Virus record (IMG/VR): IMGVR_UViG_3300048839_000639
Span: 1 to 56,793 of that record
DNA length: 56,793 nucleotides
From: a virus
Taxonomy: Duplodnaviria; Caudoviricetes
Direction: 5' to 3' (one strand)
Positions 45,773 to 54,652 of the stretch are shown in pieces. A model generated the notes under the pieces. It saw only the letters and a list, made by a program, of their open reading frames with translations, ran no database searches and was not told where the DNA came from. Numbering within the stretch: the stretch's first letter is position 1; each line of letters begins with the position of its first letter. Both the position numbers and the translations under genes were made by a program.

Positions 45773-46777
45773 TCATTGCGCCGGAATCACCTCTTCATCC
45801 ATGCTGCCCACTACATCAAACGCAATCGGTAGCGTATCGGCTTCCAGAGTGCCGCCGGCTGCTGCATACACGTTGCGCACAGCCTGCCGGAAGTAGCTGG
45901 CCTTGAGCTCAATCCCCACCCCGCGCCGGCCTGCGCGCACTGCGCCGTAAACCTCTGAGCCAACACCCATGAACGGCGTAAGCACCGTTTCGCTTGGGTT
46001 GCTGCGTAGCGCAATCACGCGGTCGATCACGTCAAGCTGCAACGGGTGAACGTGCTTTTCGTCGTCCTTGTCGCGCGCGGCCTTGTAGGGCAACACACGG
46101 TCGATGCGAATGTCATCCCAGAACGAGGATGCATACTGCCGCCAAATCCAATGGCTGTAGCGGTTTTCAGTTTGCTTGCCTGCATAGCCTCGGAAGTGCA
46201 TCACTTCGCGCGGAATTTGGCGCTCGCCGGCATACTCCATCATGCCGACGGGATGCGCAACAGGGATCGGGTTGTCTCCGCTGCGCCGGAAGAGCAGCAG
46301 GTAATCCGCTGATGCCAGACCGCACTTCGTTGAATCGTTGACGAGCGTCATGTGCGCAAGGTTCTTTTGCATGGTGCGATTGCGCACGGCCAGCGGCTCT
46401 TTCCAAATGCAATGCCGGCCGCAGTAGGCCCACCCCTCTCGCTCGTGCAGCCGTATAACATCGCCGGGGAAATCGATGTAGCTGTCGCTGCCGCTGTTGG
46501 ATCGCGGGATGTCCATCACATGAACAGCAGTAATCCGGCCCGGCATTGTGATGCGGTGCAAGTCCCGCACGACAAAGGTGTAATGCCCAAAAAACTCGTC
46601 GTAGCCATCGCAGTTGCTCAAGTCGCGCTCGTCGCTTGAGTAGTTGTAGAGACCACCAAACGGGGGCGAATACACCGACAGGTGAATCGACTTGTCAGGG
46701 ATGTGCTGCATGACTTCCATGCAGTCGCCGTTGTAAAGCGCGTATTGATCGGTGATTACTTGATCGAGAACAGCCAT
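45773..46777 (-). CDS. N4/N6 DNA methyltransferase (beta class)
   Basis: GDC, SPPF, KH.HP and PFMGVGS...GIELK motifs. Confidence 0.9.
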   Translation of the reverse strand: MAVLDQVITDQYALYNGDCMEVMQHIPDKSIHLSVYSPPFGGLYNYSSDERDLSNCDGYDEFFGHYTFVVRDLHRITMPGRITAVHVMDIPRSNSGSDSYIDFPGDVIRLHEREGWAYCGRHCIWKEPLAVRNRTMQKNLAHMTLVNDSTKCGLASADYLLLFRRSGDNPIPVAHPVGMMEYAGERQIPREVMHFRGYAGKQTENRYSHWIWRQYASSFWDDIRIDRVLPYKAARDKDDEKHVHPLQLDVIDRVIALRSNPSETVLTPFMGVGSEVYGAVRAGRRGVGIELKASYFRQAVRNVYAAAGGTLEADTLPIAFDVVGSMDEEVIPAQ

Positions 46778-48156
46778 GAGGGAATCTCCTCTTTGTTGCG
46801 GAATGTCTGATGCCGGTCGATGGCAAGCGCGTTGTTCATCTCGCGCACCAGCGCGGCAAACATGCGGTCGGCGTTTTCTGCTTTGCGGTTGAGGTTTTTA
46901 AGGACGCCCTGGTCGCCCTCAGTGGTAATCACGTCCACCGTGACTGGGCGCGTCTGTCCAAAACGCCAACACCGACGCACGGCCTGGTAATACTGCTCAA
47001 ACGAGTGTGAGGGGAAGAACGTCACATGATTGCAGTGCTGGAAGTTCAATCCCCACGCGCCGATCTTGGGCTTTGTGATGAGCACGCGAGCGCGCCCATC
47101 GGCGAAGGCCATCAGCTTGTCTTCCTTTGCGCGGTCGGGGTCGCTCCCGCTGACCTGGACTGCATCGGGGATCAACTCCTCAAGCGCGTCTCCTTCTTCG
47201 TTGAGGTGGCACCAGACGAGCGCCGGCTGGCCGGTGCCGTTCACCAGCGCGGACACCTGTTCACATCGCTCGCCGATGGTGCGGCGGTGTTCCTCGCGTT
47301 GCTCTTGCAGCCCGACGGCTGGCATGGTGAACAACATGCCGTTGTCGAATGGTTCACTATCAACAACGCGCTCGACTTGGTGCAACGGCGGCAGAATGAA
47401 GCCTTCATCGCTGAAGCCCATGTCAGAGGGCCGGCGCAGCGCACGCGCCCACGAGCACACCCATCGCCAGAACGGCATCTCGGAGTGGCCGCGGAATCGC
47501 CACTTCACCGCCTCGCGGTGGTTGCGCCGCGTGCCAGTGGAATTGTTGTTGTCGTTTTTGAAGAAACGATTGAGCATGTCCATGTGACCAAGATAGCCAA
47601 GCGCCTCTGATGAGGTGCCAAGTTCGGTGTAATCGTTGGGCGCGGCGGTCGCTGTTGCCAGCAACCGATACGGCATCTTGCGCATGAAGATCGTGATCTC
47701 GGCTTTGCGCACGCCGTCAAAGTTTTTGAGTATTGACGATTCATCGCATACCATGCCGGCGAAGTCGGATGGATTGAACAGATGCAATTGCTCGTAGTTC
47801 GTGACGTTGATGCCATCGGCGATTTGCCCATCGCGCGACAGATGCGCCTTGATGCCAAACTTCTCAGCCTCGCGCATCATTTGAATGGCAACGGCCAGCG
47901 GCGTGGCAATCAACACGCGAGAGCCGGTGTGCCGCACGATGTTCTCGGCCCATACAAACTCCATCGCTGTTTTGCCGAGTCCGCAGTCAGCGAATATCGC
48001 CCCGCGACCCTTCAACACAGCCCATTCGACAAGAGCGGCTTGAAAGTCAAACAGAAACGGCGGTAGCCATTTTGGGGAGAAACCAAAATTGCCACTAAGT
48101 TGAGCCTTGCGGTCAAGAAAGTCCGCGTAGCTAGTGTTGTTATTCAAATGCGTCAT
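46756..48156 (-). CDS. SNF2-like helicase
   Basis: CGLGKT, DESS, TATAAPND, GLNFQ and QAVRRCWRFGQ motifs. Confidence 0.9.
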   Translation of the reverse strand: MTHLNNNTSYADFLDRKAQLSGNFGFSPKWLPPFLFDFQAALVEWAVLKGRGAIFADCGLGKTAMEFVWAENIVRHTGSRVLIATPLAVAIQMMREAEKFGIKAHLSRDGQIADGINVTNYEQLHLFNPSDFAGMVCDESSILKNFDGVRKAEITIFMRKMPYRLLATATAAPNDYTELGTSSEALGYLGHMDMLNRFFKNDNNNSTGTRRNHREAVKWRFRGHSEMPFWRWVCSWARALRRPSDMGFSDEGFILPPLHQVERVVDSEPFDNGMLFTMPAVGLQEQREEHRRTIGERCEQVSALVNGTGQPALVWCHLNEEGDALEELIPDAVQVSGSDPDRAKEDKLMAFADGRARVLITKPKIGAWGLNFQHCNHVTFFPSHSFEQYYQAVRRCWRFGQTRPVTVDVITTEGDQGVLKNLNRKAENADRMFAALVREMNNALAIDRHQTFRNKEEIPSWLFSIK

Positions 48157-48410
48157 GCGTTCACCCTTACCCGCTTCGCCGGCCTCGCTGCCGGCTTGAG
48201 ATAGCGCGGCGCAACAAGCATCACGCCGGCGTTTGGTGCGTCGAAGCGCAACACAATCTTGGTGCCGCGTCCGGTGACAATCTCCTCAATCACACCTGTG
48301 TTGCCGCGGCTGTTGTCGTAGTCAAACACGAGCGTGCCGTTCACTTCAAGTTTTGCGCGCTGCATGTTGATGAGGCGCACCCGCTGGCCGACTGATAGCG
48401 TGGTCGTCAT
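48153..48410 (-). CDS. Hypothetical SH3-like protein
   Basis: VGQRVR...GVI...V...YL pattern. Confidence 0.55.
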   Translation of the reverse strand: MTTTLSVGQRVRLINMQRAKLEVNGTLVFDYDNSRGNTGVIEEIVTGRGTKIVLRFDAPNAGVMLVAPRYLKPAARPAKRVRVNA

Positions 48411-48886
48411 TTGCCGCCCTCGCTGGCTTCCGGCGTAGCCGGTGCGTCACCCTGCGGCACTTCGTCAGTCGGCTGGTGAGTCGGCTGGTGAGTCGGCGCC
48501 GGCTGCGACTTGGGCGCGCGTGCACGGATGGGGAATTGTTCTTCGCGTCCCTTCATGCGCTTGGTGGCATACAGCACCACGCGCTTGCCCACCCAGTCGT
48601 CCATCTCATCGGTGCCGATGGCCTCGGCGATGCTTTCGGCCTTTGGCTTGCTCAGCACCAGTCCGTGGCCCAGCCCAGGCACATTTTCCAAAAACGGCAG
48701 CGATGTGATTTCGCCGGTTTTGCCGTTCACGTTGTTGAAGCGCAACACATGGTTGGTTTCTTCGGGCTTGTCAGCGCCGGCGCGCATCTTTTCGGCTCGC
48801 ACTGCGGTGACCATGATGAGAATTTGCGTCGCGCCGAGATGCTTGCCGGCGAGGTATTTATCAGGGAATACGTGATTGGCTTTCAT
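48407..48886 (-). CDS. Putative single-stranded DNA-binding protein
   Basis: KYL...LVL...DDWVGKRVVLY...IR OB-like pattern with acidic/Pro tail. Confidence 0.55.
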   Translation of the reverse strand: MKANHVFPDKYLAGKHLGATQILIMVTAVRAEKMRAGADKPEETNHVLRFNNVNGKTGEITSLPFLENVPGLGHGLVLSKPKAESIAEAIGTDEMDDWVGKRVVLYATKRMKGREEQFPIRARAPKSQPAPTHQPTHQPTDEVPQGDAPATPEASEGGK

Positions 48887-48950
48887 TTCTGCTCCTTCTG
48901 AAAATGGCTGACTCGGTAAATCGAGGGGGGAAAACCGAGTCAGCCACTTC

Positions 48951-49529
48951 TCACTCGCGCGACTGAGAGCCGAGTGATTTATCCTCGCCGGCTTCACGCG
49001 AAGCCGGCGCACAGTCCGAATGGTTGAGCGCGTGCGCGTAGAGGGCTGATTCCTCCGTGATCGGCGCAGCAGGCGCCACACCGCAAAGCGCAAACGCGGG
49101 ATTGACGAGCTTGACAACGCCTTCCAGCGCGCAGGCCATTTCGGCAAGCTCAGGATCGCCGGCGCTCCACAACGCAAGGGCGGTTTCCTCAAGCGCGGCG
49201 GCCATCGTCTCGATCATGCCGGCATCGCTGTCGTTTGCGAGGGCGTCGGCACGGTCATCGCGCTGTGCCATCTCAGCCGACAGGCGCGCAATCTCGTCGT
49301 TCTTGAGGTTGATGAGCGCAGCTTGTGTGTCGGCGAGATGTTGAAGCGGCTTTTCTGCGCCGGCGATGGCGCCGCGAATTGCACGTTCGATTACGGTCAT
49401 GTCATTGCCGGTCAGGTCGCAATGGCGCTCAATGGCTCCGAGCGCGAATTGCACGTTGCGGTCGGTGTCGTCTACTGGCTCGTTATTTGCCAGCGCGCCG
49501 TCGCGGTAGAAATGGTTCTTTGTGGTCAT
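48951..49529 (-). CDS. Hypothetical coiled-coil protein
   Basis: GGAGGTGA SD. Confidence 0.7.
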   Translation of the reverse strand: MTTKNHFYRDGALANNEPVDDTDRNVQFALGAIERHCDLTGNDMTVIERAIRGAIAGAEKPLQHLADTQAALINLKNDEIARLSAEMAQRDDRADALANDSDAGMIETMAAALEETALALWSAGDPELAEMACALEGVVKLVNPAFALCGVAPAAPITEESALYAHALNHSDCAPASREAGEDKSLGSQSRE

Positions 49530-49900
49530 CGCGTCACCTCCACAATAGGCAGATGGGCGCGCGGCTGAATGCATTCCATCGCCGGCGCAACGGGGGAGCT
49601 GACCATGCACCACGGCGCGGGTGAGACGATGCCCTGCCCGTGGGCCTTTTTCAACCCTGCCCCACTGAGCGCAATCACGAAGATCGCGCCCAGCAGAACA
49701 AGGCCAGCAAGGAGGAAAGTCACGACGACGCGCCCCGTATAAACGCGCCGCCGGCCAGTGGTCGAAATGCTGCCGGCACGCGCCAGCCGCTTCGGGTCAA
49801 GCGTGAGCATCGGCAAGCCGGCGCGGTTCACGCTTTTGGTGATGGGTGCTTTGCCGGCGTGCTCAGGCCGGCGATAGATCGTGCGCGGTGTGTTGCTCAT
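49526..49900 (-). CDS. Single-TM protein ending in an HLPIV motif
   Basis: Central TM helix; C-terminal RAHLPIV. Confidence 0.65.
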   Translation of the reverse strand: MSNTPRTIYRRPEHAGKAPITKSVNRAGLPMLTLDPKRLARAGSISTTGRRRVYTGRVVVTFLLAGLVLLGAIFVIALSGAGLKKAHGQGIVSPAPWCMVSSPVAPAMECIQPRAHLPIVEVTR

Positions 49901-50295
49901 GGATGCACCTCACGGACAAACGTCTTCATGCGTCCCGTCTCGCTGCTGATGTCGTGCATCAACGTCGCCACGACGCGCCACACGCGCGACATGCTCGCGC
50001 ACGTGGGGTAGTAGACGGTGCACTCACTCGCGCCGCCGTCGGTGCGGTGGAAGCCGACAAGAGCGTCGGCCACGGTGATGGTGTGCACGCGCTTGCGCGG
50101 TGGGGCGGGCGGCGCGAGGCGTGCGCGGATGGCGGCGGCGAATGTGTTGCGCTGGCGTGTGCGGCGGCGAATGTTCTTCATGGCAAGCTGCTGTTCGCGC
50201 AAGGTCGCCATGTCGAAATTGGGCATGTCTTGCAGCATCTCTTCGATGTCGCGGGACGCGACACACATTGCATTAAAAAGCGTAAGAGCATTCAC
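49897..50295 (-). CDS. Hypothetical protein
   Basis: GAGGAG SD, GTG start, coupled. Confidence 0.6.
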   Translation of the reverse strand: MNALTLFNAMCVASRDIEEMLQDMPNFDMATLREQQLAMKNIRRRTRQRNTFAAAIRARLAPPAPPRKRVHTITVADALVGFHRTDGGASECTVYYPTCASMSRVWRVVATLMHDISSETGRMKTFVREVHP

Positions 50296-50714
50296 GCTGC
50301 ACGCTCCTCGACGAACATGGCGCGGATGCGCGGCATGAGATGGTCGTGTGTCGCGCGCGTCACGGTGCGCAGGTAGACCCTGCGCCCTTCGTCCTGCGAC
50401 TGATCGGGCCGGCGCACAAACAACGTGATGCAATGCTTGCTGCTGTTACTGCGCAGATCATCACGGTTGTGCCACACGTCCACCATCAGGCCGGCCTCGT
50501 GTGCCTCCTGCACGAGGCCGGCCAGTGTGTTGATTGCGGACTCGCGCTCGTCGCGCGTGCGGCCAAAGGTCACAGCCCATGCCGCATCATTCATGCGGCT
50601 GAACAGCGACGGCTGCGCCGGCGTGCTCGGTGTGCGGCTGAGTGAAGCGTGATATGCAACGCTGGCCGGCGTGCCGGTTTCGCGGTGCTTCCAGCGAAGT
50701 CGGTAATTGCTCAT
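50292..50714 (-). CDS. Hypothetical protein
   Basis: GAGGAG SD. Confidence 0.65.
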   Translation of the reverse strand: MSNYRLRWKHRETGTPASVAYHASLSRTPSTPAQPSLFSRMNDAAWAVTFGRTRDERESAINTLAGLVQEAHEAGLMVDVWHNRDDLRSNSSKHCITLFVRRPDQSQDEGRRVYLRTVTRATHDHLMPRIRAMFVEERAA

Positions 50715-50746
50715 CGTTGTTTCTCCTCTTAGAAATAACTGAGCAA

Positions 50747-51277
50747 TTACGCCGCGTGAACGGCTGCGACACTCGCGGCGGCCAGCCATTCGTTAATGCC
50801 TGCCGGCTTGTTGTCCACCCGCGCCACGGTCAGCATGAGGCCGGCGCGGATCGCGGTGATGCGCCCCACATCGTCAATGCCAATCTGCCGCTTGCGCAGG
50901 TAGGTCGTGCTTTCGTCAATCGCCATGTCGATGCCGGCGGCAAACACCGCGAGCTTGACCTGCAGATCGTCGATCATGGCCTTTTGCGTCTTGATGAGCG
51001 CGTCGCGCTCGGAGACTTCCTCGCGCATGTTTTCGATTTCGGTGTAAAGCGCCGTGCAGTCGATGGCCGACTGCGGCGCCGGCTTGGGTTCTGCGCCGGC
51101 TTGGCGCTTCTGCCATTCAATCTCATTGCCAGGGTTGTCGCCGCTGCCGTTCAGCCACGCCACACGCGCGGCTGCAAATGCAGGGGATTCACAATCAAGG
51201 TCGGGGTGCCACACGCCGGAAGGGTCGCGGTGGCCGGTCGTCCACAGTTGGGGTTCGGTCTGGATATACAGATACAT
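50747..51277 (-). CDS. Hypothetical protein, first gene after the leftward promoter
   Basis: YLYIQTEPQLWTTG...W...D.....AAARVAWLNG plus coiled coil. Confidence 0.7.
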   Translation of the reverse strand: MYLYIQTEPQLWTTGHRDPSGVWHPDLDCESPAFAAARVAWLNGSGDNPGNEIEWQKRQAGAEPKPAPQSAIDCTALYTEIENMREEVSERDALIKTQKAMIDDLQVKLAVFAAGIDMAIDESTTYLRKRQIGIDDVGRITAIRAGLMLTVARVDNKPAGINEWLAAASVAAVHAA

Positions 51278-51340
51278 GCTGCCCTCGCTTGCTGTCGGTC
51301 TGAATGGCTCTTTGTGAGTCCTACGTCACGCTGAGCCGCT

Positions 51341-51381
51341 TATACAGACAACAGTCTATCAGACGGCTGTCTGTATGTCAA
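51341..51381 (-). promoter_or_regulatory. Leftward early promoter/operator (PL-like)
   Basis: TTGACA-17-TAGACT overlapped by the palindrome ATACAGACA...TGTCTGTAT. Confidence 0.85.
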
Positions 51382-51425
51382 GAGGGGAAAGCAAAAAATC
51401 GAAAAAGTCCTAGAATCTCCGAATC

Positions 51426-51935
51426 ATGACCAACACAATGGATTTATCTCGCCTCGCGCGCGAGCTGGCCCGATGGCGGCAAGAAGCGAATCTGTCACAG
51501 TCGGCACTTGCAAAACTCATAGGCGTGCATGTGACCTACATCCAGAAGCTGGAATCGGAAACGCCAAAGTCAAATCGCAGGCCGGCGATGGAGATGGTCG
51601 CCCACATTGTGGCGGTGCTCGATCAAGCCAGAATCGAGGCCGGCCTGATTGATGAAAGCGACCGCATAGACATGAATTACGCTTTCCGTCTGGCTGGCTA
51701 TCCAGAGGTGGCGACACCTATCCAATGGGCCAGTCTTTTGCAGGAACTCAACAGCATTCCGACTACTGAAATAGACAGCGCATCAAAAATCGAGGGCATT
51801 GCCAGAAGAATTTCAGCAAAATATCAACAGAGGAATGTCGATGTCGAAGCAACGCAGAACAAGGGCAGTCATCGCCGCCATCCTAAAGATCATTCAAAAG
51901 CAACCACCGCCAAAAAAGGCGCCCACAAAACTTAA
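51426..51935 (+). CDS. XRE-family HTH repressor (CI-like)
   Basis: LARWRQEANLSQSALAKLIGVHVTYIQKLES; lies between the two operators. Confidence 0.85.
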   Translation: MTNTMDLSRLARELARWRQEANLSQSALAKLIGVHVTYIQKLESETPKSNRRPAMEMVAHIVAVLDQARIEAGLIDESDRIDMNYAFRLAGYPEVATPIQWASLLQELNSIPTTEIDSASKIEGIARRISAKYQQRNVDVEATQNKGSHRRHPKDHSKATTAKKGAHKT

Positions 51936-52011
51936 GCGAGTGAACGACAAGTATTAAGCAAACGCAGCAAGCACCCCACGCATCACACCGCCATCGAAAT
52001 TTAATAAGAAC

Positions 52012-52040
52012 AACATGCGCCAGTAGGCGCATGTTTTTTT
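52012..52040 (+). terminator. Terminator after the repressor
   Basis: AACATGCGCC/GGCGCATGTT plus T-tract. Confidence 0.8.
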
Positions 52041-52043
52041 GTG

Positions 52044-52084
52044 TTGACATACAGACAACCGTCTGTTAGACTGTCGTCTGTGTA
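52044..52084 (+). promoter_or_regulatory. Rightward early promoter/operator (PR-like)
   Basis: TTGACA-17-TAGACT; near-identical inverted copy of 51341-51381. Confidence 0.85.
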
Positions 52085-52094
52085 TGGAGGTTTG

Positions 52095-52361
52095 ATGGCA
52101 GACGACAAAACGTTTTCAGAGGTGATGCGCAATTGGCGCACGCAGAAGGGCTACAGCCAGCAGCGGCTTGCCGAGTTGCTGGAAGAAAAGGCGAGGCCGC
52201 AAGAGGTCACGGCGCACTTGGTCGGCAAGATCGAACTTGGGCAACGCGACGCGCAGCAGTGGTTTGTGATCGCGTTCGCAAATCTGTCCGGCCAGAACGT
52301 CAACCGGCTTTTGCGTGCTGCCGGCTGGCCGGAAATCGAAAAGGCGGCGATGCCATCATGA
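52095..52361 (+). CDS. XRE-family Cro-like regulator
   Basis: MRNWRTQKGYSQQRLAELL...VGKIELGQR; GGAGG SD. Confidence 0.85.
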   Translation: MADDKTFSEVMRNWRTQKGYSQQRLAELLEEKARPQEVTAHLVGKIELGQRDAQQWFVIAFANLSGQNVNRLLRAAGWPEIEKAAMPS

Positions 52362-52566
52362 CCGCCGGCACCGCCGCCCCGCCCCATCGGGCAGGACTAT
52401 TTTAACGACAAAGATTAGTGACAAAAAACCGCTGACGTTTCTCCTCAGATTGGTCAGCGGCTGTAGGACTTGGTTCACAGCAGGGCAGTGCTGCAAACAA
52501 CCGGCAACAATCTAGCATATGTTGCAGAGCGTGTCAAGCGGCCTTCCCTACTGAATCGGTAGGGCA

Positions 52567-53508
52567 ATGAGTAAATTACTAATCAATGAGCCGCCCCTGC
52601 AATTCTTGCCGTCACTGGCGGCAAAGGTGGGCGACCGGCAGGCGATCTGCCTGCAACAACTTCACTTCATGCTCAACATCCCAGGCGCTGCCATTGAGCG
52701 CGCCGACGACAAGGGCCGGATGCGCCGGTGGATCAAGGCCACGTATGCGCAATGGGCGCGCGATCACTTCCGCAACTGCTGGCCGGCGGACTCGATCCGC
52801 AAGTATTTCGGCGAGCTGCGCATTTCCGGCTACGTGCTGGCCGCGCAGTTCGACATCGAAACGGGGGATGCGACCTCGTATCTGTCGATTGACTACGACA
52901 AACTGGATGACCCCCATGTGGCAAAAATTGCCACATCCCCATCTGGCAAAAATCGCCACATCCCCCCCCATGTGGCAAATTCAGTAGAGGACCATGTGGC
53001 AAAAATTGCCACATCTACTATAGAAAAAGATATTACTACCACCACCACCGCAGCGCAGGGGGGTGAAAAGCTGCCGGCTGAGCTTGAAGCGGCACGGAAA
53101 GAGCGCGCCGAGCGCATGGCTGATCCCTCGCTCGACGATCCCCGCGTCAAGGACTGGCGTGAGGTGACCGGCAACATTCCTGACGCCTTTCAACGCGAGT
53201 TCATCATGAGCCGCGTGAAGGCCGATGATCCTGACTGGCGCGAATGCCTCGTTTACTGGTGCGCGGAGTATCCCCACGCCAAACACTCACTTTACAAGCA
53301 GGCCGACTGCTACGGAAAGGGCAACTGGAAACCCCGACAGGCTGCGCCGGCAGCAGCGAGGCCGGCGCGCAAGTCTGCCGGCGCCGCGTCGGGCAAGCCG
53401 GCCAGCAAAGCCCCTGCCCCGCTGGACACCGACGCAGAGGCCGCGGCGCAGGCCGAAAAGATCAACCGCATCATGGCGATGCGCTATGGACAAGGAGCAA
53501 CAGCATGA
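52567..53508 (+). CDS. Replication initiator protein
   Basis: MSKLLINEPPL..LPSLA..VG...AI.LQQLHF wHTH N-terminus; internal iterons; precedes the DnaC-like gene. Confidence 0.88.
   Translation: MSKLLINEPPLQFLPSLAAKVGDRQAICLQQLHFMLNIPGAAIERADDKGRMRRWIKATYAQWARDHFRNCWPADSIRKYFGELRISGYVLAAQFDIETGDATSYLSIDYDKLDDPHVAKIATSPSGKNRHIPPHVANSVEDHVAKIATSTIEKDITTTTTAAQGGEKLPAELEAARKERAERMADPSLDDPRVKDWREVTGNIPDAFQREFIMSRVKADDPDWRECLVYWCAEYPHAKHSLYKQADCYGKGNWKPRQAAPAAARPARKSAGAASGKPASKAPAPLDTDAEAAAQAEKINRIMAMRYGQGATA
52916..53040. repeat. Replication origin: palindromic iterons plus AT-rich tract
   Basis: ATGTGGCAAAAATTGCCACAT at 52916 and 52994, variant at 52941, half-site at 52970, then AT-rich CTACTATAGAAAAAGATATTACTAC. 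Confidence 0.8.
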
Positions 53509-54392
53509 GCGTGACACAACAGGACATCGACCGCTGGCGCTTTCGCAAGGTGCCGGAAGAAACCATTGCGCGCTGGATTCGCAACGACGATAAGGCGCGC
53601 GCCGAGCTGATCGCGCAGGCCCAGCGCATCGCCGCCATTGATGCACGCCGGCGCGGTGTTGCCCCTGGCACGCCGGCGGATGCCGCCCCTGTCGTGATCG
53701 AGCAGCCGGCGCACAGGTGCGCAAAGTGCGAGGACAAGGGCGTTTACGTGAACGCCGGCGGCGCGCTTGTGCCGTGCAATGCCTGCGGCGCTGACGTGCG
53801 CATGGCCGAGGCGCGCGTGAAGTCGCTGGATCGCTATTCATCCGGCTTGAGCGCGCGCACATCGGCGCAGACATTCAGCAACTTTGAAGCCGACAGCAAA
53901 ACCGCGCCGATTGTCGAGGCGTGCCGGCGCTGGGCCACCTCACCCGCCGGCTGGCTGGTCGTGTGGGGTGACACCGGCTGCGGCAAGTCGCACCTGTGCG
54001 CGGCGGTGTTCAACGCGCTGCGCCACCGCAAGCAGGTGGCCGTGTTCGTCACCGGCCCCGACCTGATGCAGTCGCTCAAGCACCTGATGAACGAGGAAAC
54101 GGCGCAGGCCGAAGGCGAAACCGTGACCGAGCGCACCGAGAAATACCAGAAGGCCCCCGTGCTCATCATCGACGACATGCGCGCCGAGCAACATACGCCG
54201 TGGAGTGATGGCGTCTGGTTTTCGATCCTCGATTATCGGTATCGCAACCAGTTGCCCACGATGATCGCCACCAACGAGGATCCAGCCGGCGAGGTGTTCC
54301 CTGCGCGCATCTCATCGCGCATCCGCGATGAGCACAAAGGATTTTCGATTGTCCTGCGCAACATGGGCAAGGACATGCGGGTGACGGCATGA
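53505..54392 (+). CDS. dnaC: DnaC/IstB-like helicase loader ATPase
   Basis: CxxC...CxxC, TFSNF, GDTGCGKSHL, LIIDD, RY...PT.I.TN and RI.SR motifs. Confidence 0.9.
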   Translation: MSVTQQDIDRWRFRKVPEETIARWIRNDDKARAELIAQAQRIAAIDARRRGVAPGTPADAAPVVIEQPAHRCAKCEDKGVYVNAGGALVPCNACGADVRMAEARVKSLDRYSSGLSARTSAQTFSNFEADSKTAPIVEACRRWATSPAGWLVVWGDTGCGKSHLCAAVFNALRHRKQVAVFVTGPDLMQSLKHLMNEETAQAEGETVTERTEKYQKAPVLIIDDMRAEQHTPWSDGVWFSILDYRYRNQLPTMIATNEDPAGEVFPARISSRIRDEHKGFSIVLRNMGKDMRVTA

Positions 54393-54652
54393 GCGCAATA
54401 TCACCGCGAAGCGTTGCCCCGCCCCACCCAAAAGGGGCTTTCACCGACCGCCAAAAGCAGGTGCTCGCGCTTGTGGCAACGGGCATGACCGACCGGATGG
54501 TGGCCGAGCAGCTTGGCATCACCGAGGGGACAGTGACGGCGCAGCTACGGGCCGTTTACGCGCGGCTTGAGTTGACGCGCAGCGCAAAGAATCCGCGCGT
54601 GCTGGTGACGCTCTACGCCATCCGCGCCGGCCTGGTGAGGGTGACGGCATGA
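54389..54652 (+). CDS. LuxR-type HTH regulator
   Basis: FTDRQKQVLALVATGMT...VAEQLGITEGTV......VY.RL. Confidence 0.88.
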   Translation: MSAISPRSVAPPHPKGAFTDRQKQVLALVATGMTDRMVAEQLGITEGTVTAQLRAVYARLELTRSAKNPRVLVTLYAIRAGLVRVTA

